Shown: positions 61,250-64,000 of the stretch, piece after piece
How positions within the stretch are numbered: position 1 is the stretch's first letter
Layout: the number at the start of each line of letters is the position of its first letter
Program-made: the position numbers and the translations under genes
The notes under the pieces: generated by a model
What the model was told of the DNA's origin: nothing
Seen by the model: the letters and a program-made list of their open reading frames with translations, nothing else
The model's database searches: none
Source of the DNA: Paraspadella gotoi
Lineage: Eukaryota; Animalia; Chaetognatha
DNA: 64,000 nucleotides
Direction: 5' to 3'
Assembly: GCA_051294375.1 (NCBI GenBank)
Contig: CM119268.1
Location: forward strand, 12,021,225-12,085,224

Positions 61250-63273
61250 AAAAAAAAAAGCGGTGGGCGCGAGAGAGCAGAGAGAGAGGAGAGAGAGAGA
61301 AGAGGAGATGAGATGAAGAGAGAGAGAGAGGAGAGAGAGAAGAAGAGAGAGAAGAGAGGCGCGCCGAGTTTTCGGGCACGCCACGTTACGCACGCACGCG
61401 TTCGCCGCCGCCGAAATTCTTCGTTTACGATGTTCGAGATGAAAGTTATGACGTAGAAGCGAGATACAATAACAGTTGTCGTTGGCGGCGGCGGCGGCGG
61501 CTGCGGCTGCGGCGGCGGCGGCGGAGTGGGAGCGGTGGGAGAAAGGAGCGGGCAGGAAGCAAAGGGGAGCTAGGGATGGCCGTGATAATGGTGGACATTC
61601 TAAATCGCTGTGACATTGCGAGAGACGCCAATAAGGGAAAGAAAAGGGAATGAATCAAGGAAACTCTTAAATCTAGATTATTATCTCGGCAAAGACATTT
61701 ATAGAAAATGTGAAACGTCAAACAAAAATTACGAAAAAGTGTAACACTTAAATAATCTTAATTGTCGTCGTCGTCGTCGTCGTCTTGTTCTTCTTTGTAT
61801 CAGACATATTGACGACACAACTCCCATTTGCTTGACCCTCATCTTTCATTACGGATTCTCGTCGCTGAGTTGCGATCCTTCAAACGCCTTCGGTTCATTA
61901 GAATCAGATTTCATTTGCTTGACCTTTTGTTCGATAAAGCGACCGAGACGCCGTCGCTGTTGCTGCCACCGCCTTGGCGTCTAGCCCGACGACACGACAT
62001 TGTTAATTAATTAATTAATTTGGTTAATTACTACATTTTATTCAAATAATATACATTATAATATATCAATTATCGAAAGCAATTACATTCATGATTCACA
62101 ACTCGACTTAAACAGGACTCTTCCGCCGAATCCCCATTTATTACGCCTTTTTTTCTTTGACGATAAGTCAAAGAGGTTTTCTCTTTCTTCCTTCTTCGCC
62201 GGCGTCAGCCTTGGCTCTCGCGATATTAGTTTCAATCCTTTGGCTTTTCGAACTTCCCCTCAACCCTTCCCTNNNNNNNNNNNNNNNNNNNNNNNNNNNN
62301 NNNNNNNNNNNNNNNNNNNNNNNNNNNNNNNNNNNNNNNNNNNNNNNNNNNNNNNNNNNNNNNNNNNNNNNNNNNNNNNNNNNNNNNNNNNNNNNNNNNN
62401 NNNNNNNNNNNNNNNNNNNNNNNNNNNNNNNNNNNNNNNNNNNNNNNNNNNNNNNNNNNNNNNNNNNNNNNNNNNNNNNNNNNNNNNNNNNNNNNNNNNN
62501 NNNNNNNNNNNNNNNNNNNNNNNNNNNNNNNNNNNNNNNNNNNNNNNNNNNNNNNNNNNNNNNNNNNNNNNNNNNNNNNNNNNNNNNNNNGAGGGACGAG
62601 AGGGTTCAAGGAAGGAGAGGGTCATTTTAAATTATTTGTGAGATGAAAATGATGATCTTTATTTTGTGATAGACAATATGGTGATATGGTGCACGAAGTC
62701 CAGGATTTTACATTTAATTTCCATTAATTTGATTAATAAGCTTTCTGGCCTCCTGACTTTGGACTAGGATGGGTAAAAAGCCTTTGCTTACAAGGTAACT
62801 ATNNNNNNNNNNNNNNNNNNNNNNNNNNNNNNNNNNNNNNNNNNNNNNNNNNNNNNNNNNNNNNNNNNNNNNNNNNNNNNNNNNNNNNNNNNNNNNNNNN
62901 NNNNNNNNNNNNNNNNNNNNNNNNNNNNNNNNNNNNNNNNNNNNNNNNNNNNNNNNNNNNNNNNNNNNNNNNNNNNNNNNNNNNNNNNNNNNNNNNNNNN
63001 NNNNNNNNNNNNNNNNNNNNNNNNNNNNNNNNNNNNNNNNNNNNNNNNNNNNNNNNNNNNNNNNNNNNNNNNNACCCAACCTCACCTCCCCACCTCACTC
63101 ACCTCACACACCTCACCCACTTTGCCCTTTAAACCCGAGTCACAAATCCCCCTTCCAGTCGCGGCGTTGATCCCGACCTCGCAACCGCCTCCTGGTGGCA
63201 TTACAATGTCGCCAGAGTTTCTGCTCCGCCCGCCTTACCTTTGACCTCCGGAGCTTTGTCGAGCTACAAGGTC

Positions 63274-63554
63274 CTACCGTCGATCGTCGTCAGCTTCGTC
63301 GTCTTCTTCGTCGTCAGTTTCGTCGTCTTCTTCGTCGTCATCGTCGTCTACGTCATCGTCATCGTCTTTAGCATCGTCGTTATCGTCGTCTTCGTCGTCG
63401 TCATTCTGGTCAGTGCCGTCTACGTGATTGTCGTCATCGTCATCTTTGTCGTCTTCGTCGTCATGTCATCGTCTTTGGCATCGTCGTTTTCGTCGTCGCT
63501 TTCTTCATTGTTGTCATTAGTGTCTTCACAGTTCTCACTGTCGACTTCTTTGTT
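63274..63554 (-). other. Candidate Asp/Glu-rich exon with one 1-nt frameshift
   Basis: Acceptor-like gtaatcag| then NKEVDSENCEDTNDNNEESDDENDDAKDDD / DDEDDKDDDDDNHVDGTDQN...DDEADDDRR*; frameshift near 63464. Confidence 0.3.
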
Positions 63555-63609
63555 CTGATTACAAATTAATGCTCGCCGATTCAAATCATTTCAAGATCAG
63601 CCGCGTAGA

Positions 63610-63847
63610 TTGATTGCTCAATTAATTGCTTGATCGTCGTCTCTTGATTGTTCCATTGATTGCTTGATCATCGTCTCTTGATTGCTCCATTGCTTGCTTG
63701 ATCATCGTCTCTTGATTGCTCCATTGATTGCTTGATCATCGTCTCTTGATTGCTCAATTAATTGCTTGATCATCGTCTCTTGATTGCTCCATTGCTTGCT
63801 TGATCATCGTCTCTTGATTGCTCCATTGCTTGCTCGATCATCGTCTC
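63610..63847 (+). repeat. 34-bp minisatellite, 7 copies (TTGATTGCTCCATTGATTGCTTGATCATCGTCTC)
   Basis: Seven contiguous near-identical units with no spacers. Confidence 0.96.
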
Positions 63848-64000
63848 GAATACCTAACAATCGACTCCGTTTGAAATAAATCATCGCGCTCGATATAAAT
63901 ATGACGAACAAATCCTTTAACCCTTCGCTCCCCAAATCCAGAAATAAAAAAAAAATAAGAACAATTGAACCTTTCAGCCATAACCTCTTGCAGCGGCTCG

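Noticed and set aside
63610-63847. CRISPR-like regular repeats
   Set aside because: Units are contiguous with no unique spacers, there are no cas genes, and the context is eukaryotic.

Overview
This is eukaryotic (animal-type) draft-assembly DNA, rich in (GA/CT)n and (GAC/GTC)n microsatellites and N gaps. One protein gene is confidently recognisable: a 6-exon CNNM/ACDP-family Mg2+ transporter on the minus strand (9305-13884, about 822 aa) with a GC-AG third intron. Three large duplications each abut an exactly 25-N gap and each has one indel-ridden copy, so they are most likely long-read gap-filling artefacts or haplotype overlaps: a tandem CNNM copy (15418-21812), a foldback inverted repeat (~27105-33924) and a tandem copy (58075-61249). 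The best candidate for new biology is a ~200-bp tRNA-headed SINE-like element in CNNM intron 5. Its body matches a circularly permuted (type P5) twister ribozyme with a compensatory change in the pseudoknot and a palindromic P1 segment. Other observations: a presence/absence ~330-bp tandem-repeat insertion, a triple-CCAAT promoter-like island, an Asp-rich frameshifted exon candidate and a hairpin-dense non-coding region. Most ORFs in the supplied track are microsatellite or gap artefacts. All alignments and folds were done by eye.
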